Positions 11,601 through 22,874 of a stretch of 64,000 bases of DNA are shown piece by piece (the stretch's first letter is position 1; each line of letters starts with the position of its first letter). The notes under the pieces were generated by a model. It saw nothing but the letters and a program-made list of their open reading frames with translations. It was not told the origin of the DNA and ran no database searches. The translations under genes and the position numbers were made by a program. The stretch is from Raillietiella orientalis (Eukaryota), in contig JAYWIR010000007.1 in assembly GCA_036172245.1 (NCBI GenBank), positions 3,286,001-3,350,000 of the forward strand. Reading direction: 5' to 3'.

Positions 11601-14600
11601 AGCGGTTTCTTCGTTTTTTTCCTTTTCCCCCCAAAAAGGAAACTCCGCCCCTGACGTCAGGAGGCTTCCAGGAGAAAATCTGCCAGCGCTGCGCACGTGT
11701 TCCCACGCGCCGCGCGCGCGCTGCTAAAGCGTCGGGCGAACAGCGTTGCGATTGGCCGCTCTTCCGCGCGCGCGAAGCGAGGCGGACCGCTGGTCTCCTC
11801 GCCGGAAAGGGGACCTCTTCTGCCTCGCCCATCGTCCTCCTTCTCCCCCTCTTCTTCCCCACTCTCCGCTCGAGCCCCGCGCCCGTACCCCATTCCTTCC
11901 TTCCTTTTTCGAAGCCTCGGGAATTTTCCCGAAAGCCTCCGCATGCGTGGAATCCGGCTGCTTCCGCAGAGGAGGCTCCCCTCTGGGGGGGGGGGGGGGG
12001 GTCGAAACCGACCCGCTTGCAGAGCGGGGACGCCTTCCAGGAGCAACGAGGGAAGCAGCGGCGCGCTCCACCCGGCTGAAACGTCGTTGGCGGGCTTCGT
12101 GCGCGCGTGGAGGCGCCACGGTTCCTCAGGTCATGGAGCCGGGAGGGAGGCGTTGCGCTGCCCTTAGCGAGGGGAGAGGCGCGGATCCCTAGCGGGTGTT
12201 CCGCGCACATCTAGAGAGAAATGGGAGGGAAGGGGGAGATCGGCAGCCTCAGTCTCCCTCTCCTTCGAGCAGGCTCTCCCGGCGCGGTTGGGAGCGAGGG
12301 AGAGGTGGGGATGGGGGTCTCCGGAAAGCCTCAAGGGAATGCGAGGCTTCTTCCGCTCAGCTCCCTTCCCTCCTGCGTTCGGAGCTCGGGCTGCCACGCA
12401 GGGAGAAAGAGACGCTCTGGGCGTTCCCCCCGAAGGTTGACGCTAAGCACATGGCCAAGGAGGGAGGAGTTGCGGGATTCCTTCCTCCCTCTCCCCTCCC
12501 CTCCCCTTGCCTTCCCTCCAGCTCTTCCGTCTTCTCCGCTCCCGAGGAGGACGACGGAGGATGCGCGACGAGTCGTCGTTGTGGTCTCTCGGCAGGAGCT
12601 GATCAGCGGCAGCTGGACCAGGAGGCTCCTCCCCAAGACCGGAGGAGAACCGAGCATACCCTCTCCGCGTGGCAAATGCGCTCCCCCCTCCCCTTCCTCG
12701 CCTCTTCTTCCCCTTTGCAGCGAGGGGAGTCGCAGAGAAGGCGGAGGACCCGGGACTGCGCGCGGCGGAGGCGTTCATTCGTTCCCATCCCTGCTCGTCC
12801 GCCCCTCCCCCCGTGCGGCGGAGGGAAGGGAGAGGGGCCCGTTCCTCCGCTTTCCAGTTTTTCCACCGGCCCCCGCCTCCGGGAAGGCACTACCGCTTCT
12901 CCGGCGCCGTCCCCTTCCCTCCCCAGTCGCCCGGGCGACGGCCGCTGCGCTTCACCGTGGCGGAAGAGGTCCTCGCCCGACCCCTCCCCTGCTTTTCATC
13001 TTTTTCCCTTCTCCTCCCACTCGGAGAAAGAGGATCAGGGGGATGCGCAAACGCAGCGGATTCCGGGAGAGAGAGCGCAGGCGCGGAGGCGGCGGCAGCG
13101 GGGAGGAGAGAGGGAGGGAGGGGAGAAACCGATCCCGGGACGTTCCTGCAGCCTCAGCCGCCGCCGGAAGCTTCCGTCACCTCCGTCGCCTCCGGAGAGC
13201 GCGCGTGGTCTCGGGACTCGTCGTCTCCCGGTCCGGATCATCTGCTCCCAGGTTGGTGCGGCGCAGTCTGTCTCGCCCCTCCTCCTCCTCCTTCGCCCCC
13301 TCTTCCTCCCCACCCCTCCGCTCGCCCAAGATTTCGAGCCCCGCGCCCGTGCCCCATTTCATCCCTCTTTCCCGGGTGCTTCCGCTCCTGGAAAGGAAGG
13401 TGACCCCCCACGACGCAGGGAGGGTGACGGGCCGTGGGTTGCACGCGCTCCTCTTCTTCTTCCTCTTCCTCCTCGTGGAAACGGCCTCCTCTCGACGGGG
13501 ACACCCCCTCCGTCCCTTGCGAGCCCTCACCTGAGCCCTCGTTTTCTGTCCCCAGCGCACTTACCGTCCGTGGGAAGGCAGGGAGAGGGAAGGACACAAA
13601 AGGGCGAAGGATGCCACGCCCTCATTTTCCTTCTCCCGGCTTTCTGCATGGAGGAACCGACGCTTCCCCCCGAGGTAGTGGAAGAAAAGGGACATGCAGA
13701 CGGGCAGGGGATGGAGGCGGAGTTCGCCGTCTGCGCCCAGACCTCCCCCGAGGCAGAAGGGTCAGGAGGCGCAGCATCTTCCTCCACTCTTAGTCGGTCG
13801 CGCGCGCATCGTATTCCCTCCCGCGCTGCTCCCCCTTGCGGCCCTTTCTCTCCTTTTCCTCACTTCCTCACCTCCCCACTCGCACTCAAGGACGCTCCCC
13901 CGCGTACTCACACTCACGGGACGCAGGATGAAGGCGGAGGGACTTCCACTTCAGCCCCTACCCCTACCCTCTTTTTCCCTCGTTTCCCGCACCCCTACGC
14001 TTCCCCTTCTCTTTCGCGGTCCGACGCTTGCGATCAATCCCGGGAGAGCGGTCGTCTCACGCAACCAGCGGTTAAGACCACGCCGATCCGCGACGGACCG
14101 CGTTGATGGCGGCGGCGAAGAGGGGAGCAGAGGAGGTAGCGTTTCTTGGACAGGTCACTCGAGGGAGCATCCTCGCTCCCCTCTCACCTTCCTACCGAGT
14201 CGCCCGCCGCCGACAATGCCTTCCTACGTCCGGGTGCTTCCTCAAGAAGAGCGGCGATCGCCGCGTGCGCTCCAGGTCCACCCTCCGTCCCCTCTCGCGG
14301 AAATTTCGGGGTTCCCCCTTCCAGAAGAAAACGCTCCCACCACAGCGGGGAGGTTTTGGGCAATCAGAGCGGCGCGGACCCTCTGCCGCGCCGCACGGGA
14401 AATTCGTCTTGCCCGAGGTTGCGGAGGTCAGGCGCCTGGGACGGTGGGGATGCGCTCCCTTTGTCTTCTCGGAAGGCGGGACGCCCGCTTGTGCTGCGCC
14501 GGTATGGTACAGACTAAAGCTCCTCGAGAGGAGTCACTCCTCGCAGAGGTCCATAGAGGTACGGAGGATACGCTCGGGGGGTGGGGAAAGGAGCCCCTAG

Positions 14601-14949
14601 CCCCTTCAGTACGGGGTAGCTCAAAGGAGGCTGCCGGCGTCGAGTTGGCACCCTTTTCCCGAGCGAGGTCTTTCTCTGTGGACGAGGAAAGAGGAGTGAG
14701 AAGAAAGAAAAAAGTTGCTTCGCCCGCGAGGTCAGGAATGCGGGACCTCCCCCCCTCTTCCTCCTCCCTTCCTCCTTCCCTCTTTGCAGAGGGCTCTTCC
14801 CGAGTGTTCGCGGGCAAGGAGAGCGCGCCTTGCCAGCAGCCAGGACTCAGTGAGGCTGTTGACCGCGACGCACGCGCATGCGCTTCTTCTTGACTCTCCT
14901 TCCCTCCAAAGATGTGGCTATCCTGGAGGTCTGCACGCAGGTCCAGAGC

Positions 14950-17300
14950 AGAAGGAGTAGCGAGTGTGGCACGTGGGGGAAGGGGATGCATGCTGCAGCT
15001 CCGAGACGCCGTTTCCCGGCTACGGAAGCCCGCCGTGATGCTGCTGTCGGTAACAGCTGGGGGCAAAACGGACTGCTCTTTTTGGCGGGAGAGGAGGGTT
15101 CGATGCCTGACTTTTTGGGTGCGCTCGGAAATTTTTCCTCGAGGCTACACGTCCGCTTGCCATACAGGCCACGTCCCCTCCCGGAAAAAGAGAAAATTCT
15201 TGGAATCGTCCTTACCTGAGAATGCAAGCATACTGAGACGCGTTCCCGGATATCAGCTCCCAGGCCGAAGGGAAGGTCTGACTTTGCAACTGACTGACGC
15301 ACCTGAAAGGGTCAGCGCTGCCGGGTCAAGAATGCGGCTCGTCTGGGCTTCCTCAGAGTGGTCTCGCAGGGACTGCCGTTTGCCCTGCTGGAGCGGGGGT
15401 ATCTCCGGCTGCCAGGGCCCGTTCCGGGACGCAACTGTTGCGTCTTAAGGGGACCGTTCCCTCCGTTTCCAAGACACCGCGTAAGAGGGATTCCCAACCG
15501 ACAACCGACTCCGGAAGTCCTCAAAAGGGAGAGAGAGCAATCTCGAGCCACGTGGATGAACTTTGAACGTACGTTGGTCGTGATGCCGACTCCTGCAACA
15601 TCTCATACCTCGTCAGGAAAGGAATGCTCCTCTCCGTATAACATTGTTTCCCCCTCGAGGATGCTGTGGACTCGCATGCAGCTTCCTCAGGGGGCATGGG
15701 GTGGAGAGACGACCACTTGGAGCTGTGCAGAGAGGAAAATCTTTAGGCCTTGCGTCTCTTCTCATCTATCCCTCGCTATCTTAGAATTCCCTGCTCTGAG
15801 TCCCAGCTCGAAGAATCCAGTAACCAGGACAACCCTGGACGAGTGAATTTGAGATACCAGTGAATCCTCGGACTAGTCGCGCTGGAAGGGTCGTGTGAAA
15901 AGGTCATCAGAAGGCTGTGCTTCCTGAAAGCGAGGGAGGTTGGTCAGCATCCAGCCGACAGGAAACGCAGCAGCGGGTGGAATGGATGTCCCCGGATGAT
16001 GTGATGTGTCCGCCTTGCCAGGCTAAAGGATTTTTGGGTTTCGCGCGGCTCGGCGGAACGCACGCACAGGAGAAGGAAGCGTGGAGATGCTCGAAGAAGA
16101 GATACCCTAATTACGGGTCCTAGAAGGGCAGTCACTTCCAGGAACTGGAATTCGCCAGGGACAAACTTGGGGCGCCTTCTGGTCACCTTTCGGAGTAGGA
16201 TCTCGATCCTCTCCGATTAGAGGCGATCCTCAGGTAGATTCGTGCGTGATCTCTCCTCACCGCTGTTGCATCCGCGACCACTCTCCGCTTTCACAAGCGT
16301 TTGTCGCTGCTCGGCACCTGAGGGCATCTCGAATAGCAGAAGGCAGTTTGAACTCTGCGCGAAATATGCAGTACGCACTCCGTGCTGCAGGTCGTTGCTC
16401 CGCTTCCGTTCACGTTCACCGTGTGATGCCGCAGATCAATGCCGGAAAGGGAAGAGCATCGTCCCTCTCTTTCTGTTTCCTCCGGTTCTGCCTTAGCCTT
16501 GAGAGCTCCTGCGCTCCGAGAGGAATGCCGTCAGACGCCAGGAAGGGGAGGAAACGAAAGAGGTACTCCGCACATTCCCACCGCTACGTCCTTTCCTTCG
16601 GTCCTCCTATTGCCGTCTGTTCATCCTGAGTTTCCACCGCGGGAGGTATGTGCGGAGAAACTCTGGACATCAACCCGTCTGGATATGCCGACGCCATCAC
16701 CGGTCGGAAGCAGATCCTCCCTCAAGAACGAAGTTATCCGCTCAGCATTCGGACGAAGGGAATGCCATGATTCGAAGTCACTCCGTTGTTCGCTCCTGCC
16801 ACGTTTTGTGTAGGATCCACGGAAAGCCACGTGGTCTCCCTCTCTCGGGATGGGAAGACCCTGGTCAAAGTGCACCCGCGTTGTTACTGATTCCGGAGGC
16901 TTGAGCTGCCCCTGAGAGGAGGTACTGCACCGTCGCTTCCAAAGTACTTTGGAACCCTGGACTTCCTTGTGACGAACTGCTTCAGAATCTCTGGAATCCT
17001 TGCAGTGCAGCTTCCTCCGGCCGGCGACGATGTTCCCTGGACGCGGTTCGGTTCGACCGTCCATCTTTTCGAGCAGGGAAGAACTTGCAAAGAACATTCC
17101 CGGAGATCTTGAGGCCAGACCCTCGGGGTCTGTTCCATCGGAACGTTCTCGAAAACGAGCTCGCGAAAAATTTTTGAACCTCCATGTCTTCATCTGTCAT
17201 CCCTGGACGAGAAAAGATTCTCATCCTCGGATGGAGCGGGGAGACTGCTGCTGCTTTGACAGTTGTCATGGGATGGAGGAAGGTGGATCTGCATCATCTT
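14950..17300 (-). mobile_element. Degenerate DIRS-like retrotransposon (RT/RNaseH remnants)
   Basis: FVTRKSRVPKYFGSDG..LRNQ, PREGDHV, PKFVPGEFQFLE (KS.L.P.Q..FLG-like), ERSIPFLTRYEML, TIPRIF occur in the expected order. Heavily decayed. Confidence 0.45.
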
Positions 17301-18676
17301 GTAACGCGAACTGCTATAAATCTAGCAAGAGGAGGGTTTCAGCTATCGGAAGCTTCGACCATTCGCTCTGTTGCCAGGCAGCTGGCTGGACCCGAGCCCG
17401 TTCACTACCGCCGATTCCAGGATCTCAGCGGGATTTCCCTTCGGATCAAACCCCGGGGGAACAAACAAACATGGAACCGCGAATACGAAATCGGAAGACG
17501 GGAAGTCTCCGGCATGAGTCGTCTGCGATTCGGTCGTGCGCCCTTGCCTGCAGTGTCGGAAGAGATCTGGCAGTCGACCAGGAGTCGAAGAGGATCGTCG
17601 GCAGCTGAAGGAGAAAGGAGTTGTAGCCGATCGAGGACGCCGCTCATCGGATCGTTCATTCGCAGGTGCGCAACGGAGGGAGAGCCAACGATACCGCGCT
17701 ACGCGTTGCCCCCCTCGTTTCCACCCCATTTCACGCCAAGGTCCCTCTTTTTGCATCGCTGTCTCGGAAACGTCCAAAAGCAACTCTGGAAATGCCGCGG
17801 ACGGAGCGCCGCGAAGATCGTTGGAACGCCCTCTCTTTCTCGGAACGGAGCCAAGACGAAGTTGCCGCCATCTCCACGGCACCGGCAGCAGCACAGGATG
17901 AAATCGAGTCTGTCCTTGGGGCAGGGATGCGTAAAGAAGAAGAATGAATGGGGTTGGAAATCGGATCAGAGTGGCCAGCTCTGCCCTCCACCAGTCACAG
18001 TGAGAGCTCGGCAACCGGAAACTGTCCGAGACTTCGTCTTCCCCTCCCTCCTGGGTGCAAGCGGGATGGGTCCCGCAGTTCCTCCACGTTGAGACTCTCG
18101 TTTCGGTTGGAGCCGACCCTCTAGCACCCCTGCGAGGGCGGGAATGGGAGGTTCCCCATCGAAGAGGGCGGTTCTCGAAGGGCCTCGTTCCTCCGTGGGT
18201 GGCTGGCGTATTGGTACAAAGAGAAAGCACGAAAAAGGGGAATAAATGAAAACTCAAAGAACGAGAAGAACCGAAGGAAAAATTTGTGCGAGAAAGAATT
18301 AGGATGGGAATCCCGTAGCTGGAAGTAGGAAAGGAGAAAGTTGAAGAGGAAAAAAAGGAAAAATGAGCTGATGCTGATGCTCCGGCTGCTTTCATCCATC
18401 GAAAGAGGAGGACGGACTACTTGCTCTTTCGGCGCTGGACCATCAAAAGATGAAAGAGAAAAAAGCGAAGCTCCAGACCCGAGCAAGGGAGCGTGCAGCA
18501 GAGCCATTTTTCGAAGGGTCTTCGTCTCATCGTGGACCATCAAGGTCTACAACAAGATGAAGATGGAAGCACGACCTGCTTGTGTCGGAGTGAAGTAGTG
18601 AAGAGTGACATGCAACTCACCCTCCCTTGAGTTTGGATCTCTTCTGCTGCGTTGATGCCGAAAGATCATAAGATCA

Positions 18677-18732
18677 TCACCATCGGTGCACACGGCAGCA
18701 CAATCTTGCGCCGCCGAGTGCACCGATGGTGA
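18677..18732. repeat. 56-nt hairpin
   Basis: tcaccatcggtgcac ... gtgcaccgatggtga forms a perfect 15-bp stem, extended by cggc/gccg. Confidence 0.9.
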
Positions 18733-20434
18733 CTGGTCTCCTCATCTTCAGCCGCCGCAACTGCGGATACGTTCTCTAGACGTCACGGATTTCGCAATTT
18801 TCCAAGCACATATTTCTGGGACCGCGCTGCGCACCTAACCTTCCGTTCCTTCATTTCTTTTCTCTCCTGCGACCGCCTCGACGTTCAGGGACTCCTTCAA
18901 TAGCCTTTGAGAATGAGGGTGACCCCGCAGTCGACATGGTCACAATGTGGGCTATCGTTTCCATCGTTGTCCAAAGGCAGCGGCTACGAACCCGGCTTTC
19001 ATGGCACCAGAAAAAAGTGGTCATTGTGGCACTGAAGGGACCTTGGGTGCGTGAAGGGGTGCGTGATCAGCGTCTCCCGAGACGTCGAGAGGAATGTTCT
19101 GGAACGCGTGCCAAGGCTCACATTCTCTTTTCTGCCCGCAGGTTTCAACTGTGACATCCCTCCTCCCAGACGGGCGTGGCTACTCATGCTCTTCCTCCAC
19201 ATTCTAGAAATCATCATCCTCGATCTCCTGAGAGAAAGCTACTCAAAGTGCATTCCCATCCAGAAAAGTAAGTCTATTTTGTTCCCACTCCCATCCTTCC
19301 TCTTGAGGGTTTGGAACCGAATCTAAGAGTCATTATATCTTTGGACATGCAGTCGCCTTTCTCCCTATTCACTCATCTCTGCGTCCTTCCTGTTTCTGGG
19401 GCCCTCCATCCTCAAGTTTTTTTTCTCGTCTTCTCTAATGAGTGAGAGGAAGCTCTCTCACTCATGTTTCAGCCAGTTTTTCCTGTTCGATCCCGGCCAG
19501 AACGGAACGTCCGGTTTTGTAGTTCCGCTTCCTCGCAGGATTGCGAAACGGTTTTCAATTCTCTCCATAGAGGCTTTCCCGTTCGTCTCCTTCCGGCCAC
19601 GTGAGCGTCTGAAAGCAGTCTGCACCGAGAATTGAATGGCTCTGAACTTTGAGCAGCTCCTTCGTAACCTGTAGTCTCAACATGAATCGAAAAGGGGAAA
19701 GCGAATCCTTAGCAATGTTCTCGATCAGACGATCTCTTTAAGGGGAATCACAAAGAGGTGCGTCGGTGAGATATCCCAAATCCCGAGTCCCCATTTGTTT
19801 GTCCTAATGTGCTCCGGCGGTACCTGTTATGTCCAACTCATTGGAGAATCCTTGCCAGCGCTGCGCCTTAGCGGAGACCTTCTCCAGGATGTTCTTCCCC
19901 ACTGAATTGTAAACGTTCCGGCAGATTCATCTTTAGTTCCTGCCTACCGGAAGTCGACGCCATTCCCCCATGGCCTTGAATGGCAGCAGAAATCACTCCG
20001 CACTATTGTTTTCTCCCTCCCGAGTCTGAAAATCTTGAAGGATCAGAAAAGGACACGCGGCAGGCAGCAGAGGAATTCAGGGTTCGAGGTTATTCGCAGT
20101 AGTGGGCCTACGAAAAAGAGCACAGTCATCTCTGATTCTGCGGGAAGCTCCAGACTGCTCTCCTCTCTATGCCAGAATTGACAGCAATAGGAGCAGTATA
20201 GGATTTCGGTGGGCCCAAGTTCTGTAAACAACCCTCGGCCTCTTCTGAGAGTGTCTCGAGGGTTCCCGAAGAGCGGTCATTGGCTCGATTAAAGAGATCT
20301 CAAAGATATGATGCCCGCAAGATGAGCGGCAAGGAAAAGAAGACTTTGGAGATCATTACTCTCGAGGCTTTTGCCAATAAAACCAAAAGACTAGCAGGAA
20401 GCTTCTGCTTCACTCAGGTGAGCTCCCGTCCTTA

Positions 20435-21001
20435 GAATGGCAAGATCGCGAACTCGGCAGCATCTAAGAGTTCTTATCAGTCTCGTGTGAAGGCAACGGC
20501 CAGAAGGGCCGAAGTCTGGTTCCAGGACGACAATCCGCTGGCTGCACTTCCGCCATATCCCGCTTTCCGCTGCGCTCCCCGGATCCTCTCCCGGCGACAC
20601 ACACCTCCGTGCAGGTGTTTGGACAGAGTAGCCTCTCGGTCAGTCAAAGTATCAGCGGTCCCACGCCGCCGCGCACCCTTCCTCCACCCTGGACTCGTCA
20701 TGGCGGCGTCGACGTGCTTCCCCGCAGACCTCCGGTGCGGCAGACCTGATGCCTGCGGCCGCTCGCCGCGATTCGAGCTCTTTTGCGCCGGACGCTGTTC
20801 CGAGAGCCTGTTCGACCGCTGGAGAAGCCACGTCCCTCATGGGGCCTCCGCTGCAAGCTCCCCCCTTTGGCAGGCGGATGGAAGGTGTCAGGGCTTCGAA
20901 CGACCGGATGTTGGAAGTCTTGGCAGCATTCAAGGATGAAAATCAGCAACATGGATGTTTGAAATGATGAAAGACGGAAAAGTGCGAGCGGAAGATGTGA
21001 A
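20435..21001. repeat. 567-bp direct repeat, copy B
   Basis: Essentially identical to 8443-9009. Confidence 0.97.
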
Positions 21002-21579
21002 CGCGCCACATAATGAAACGGGCGGAAACCAAGGAAACCAGAGTAATAGTGAAACCAGAGTAAACCGAGGAAGACCTCAACAAGGGATCATCTGACATGT
21101 AAAAGGAATGAAACGAAGAAAATTTGTCATGCAGGGAAACATTAAATGTAAAACTTGTAGGCATCAGCGATCTCCGCAATGTACCAGCCGAACACCCTGA
21201 TTTCAGCTACGTTAACATGGGGATTGTGCCTGCAGGCTTCTCTTCATCACTGCAAGTTTTCGAGCACAAAAGTCAGCTTTCTCCTGCAATTCAGTTTTGC
21301 AAAATCCTTGGAAATTCACTGTCTGGAGCTTCGTTGGCTCAGCTATGCAATTGCTTCGACCTCCTGGACAACATTTTGAGGACAAAGCGGTCGCATTTTC
21401 CAGATTGGGCACTTTTCTTTCCATTCCTTTCGTTTCAGGAATGAGAGAAGGGTTTTCCCTTCTCGAAAGGAATGGAAGAAGGTCGTACCGAGCAAGGTTG
21501 GACAAAATCTGGTTCTTGTCCTCACGAAGATATGTTCCTGCATGAGCTCTTGGAGAGACTCTCTCCTCGTCTACACCTC

Positions 21580-22180
21580 GCATGACCCTTCATGTCCGTT
21601 TCCCGAGAGGATGGACTGACCACATGGAGGTGGGATCCCTTGATTTTGGCCAGATGCATCGCTTTATTCCTCGGAAGTCGAAAACTAACAGAAATTCCTC
21701 TTAATCTATGGCCCAAGGAAGAGCCAGGAGAGGGACAAGCGCAGTCGGTATGGGGCTCGAGAAGAGCATCAGGGAAGGGGGAGCAGGCAGTGAGGAATGC
21801 GAAAGAAAATCCGCATCCACAGGACCGAAGCACTATTCCATAGAACAGACAGTCGCCTTGAAAGAAACAAAAGTATTCCAGGGGCGCGGAACCCGCTCAG
21901 GTATTCGGACTCTCGGAACAGTCTTCCTCGTTCCCCCCAACTGGCCGCCTCAGCTTCTCTTCGAAGGATCGTGAGGATTGAAATTTCGGATCCAGAGGTG
22001 TGGAGAGATAAAGGAAGCGGGAACAAATGGACTGTGCAAGGCCCGAATGAGGCTGCTAGCCAAAGCCACAGGCGTTCCTAGGGAGAGAAGAAGCATCTCT
22101 GGACAGCTTAGAAGGGTAGAAAGACGCTCGCAAAAATCGCGGGGAGTAGGAATGGACCTTTCCTCCTCATTGTTGTGAAA
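21580..22180 (+). mobile_element. DIRS-like fragment upstream of VKR
   Basis: SREDGLTTWRWDP (LSR..EW.LDP-like) followed by VFLVPPNWPPQLLF (LIAP.WP.QPWF-like). Confidence 0.35.
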
Positions 22181-22311
22181 GCCAGTCGTCTCTTTTGGAT
22201 AGAGAACAAACGGGGAGAGCGAGCGAACGAGCGGGTTGCCTTCTCTCAAACGGAGGGCATCCCCAGCAGGAAGTGACCCTCCTGCTCCACGAAAACCTCG
22301 AACGGAAGCGG

Positions 22312-22374
22312 ATGAAGCGAGTAAGGGTCCTTGAAGCGTCCTTGTTCGCCGGCTTCGTTGCGTCTGCCGTCCAG
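22312..22374 (+). CDS. Candidate first (signal-peptide) exon of the VKR gene
   Basis: ATG at 22312 gives MKRVRVLEASLFAGFVASAVQ (basic start, hydrophobic core) ending CAG|GT. Linkage to downstream exons (possibly via ~22700-22741 and 22843) was not resolved. Confidence 0.35.
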
Positions 22375-22874
22375 GTGTTGGCAGGAGAAGGCTAACCTAG
22401 GTCAGCCGTCGGGGGCACTGCCCCTTCCTGCCGCACTTTCTCGGAGACTAGTGGAGATCAATTCCTAAATTCCGCGGAAATCGTGGGAGCGTGCCTTTCC
22501 CTCTCCCTCCTCCGTGCAAAGATTCCACCTGTTTACTGCGATGACCCTGCGCGAGCCGCACTGGTCGGCAGCTGGAAAAGGAGAGTGCATTTGAGAGGAA
22601 CCTGAATAGGATGCCCCAGAAGGGTCCGTAGAAATCGATGTCTCTTCCTTCCGCATCTTTCTTAAGATGGCTACCTCCGCCACACACGCGAGGAAGTGCC
22701 GGTTGCCTTTGCAAAGAGGGCGGTGGTCCTCCGATTGGATGGTGAGAAGGGCGAGCAGGTGGCCTCATTCCCTCACCTGCTCTGCGCGCTGATCCGAACG
22801 GCCATTTCTCGTTTCCGCCCCACCATCGCTTCTTCTGCCGAAGGTCTGCAACCGCCGAGCCATGGCGGCTCCAG

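Noticed and set aside
12196..14106. 636-aa ORF and many overlapping long ORFs
   Set aside because: GC-rich low-complexity DNA that is open in several frames on both strands. The P/S/R/G-rich translation has no recognisable domain.
18900..20350. Possible CR1/L2 ORF1/endonuclease remnant on minus strand (KIFRLGRENN)
   Set aside because: One short motif only, so boundaries and family cannot be supported.
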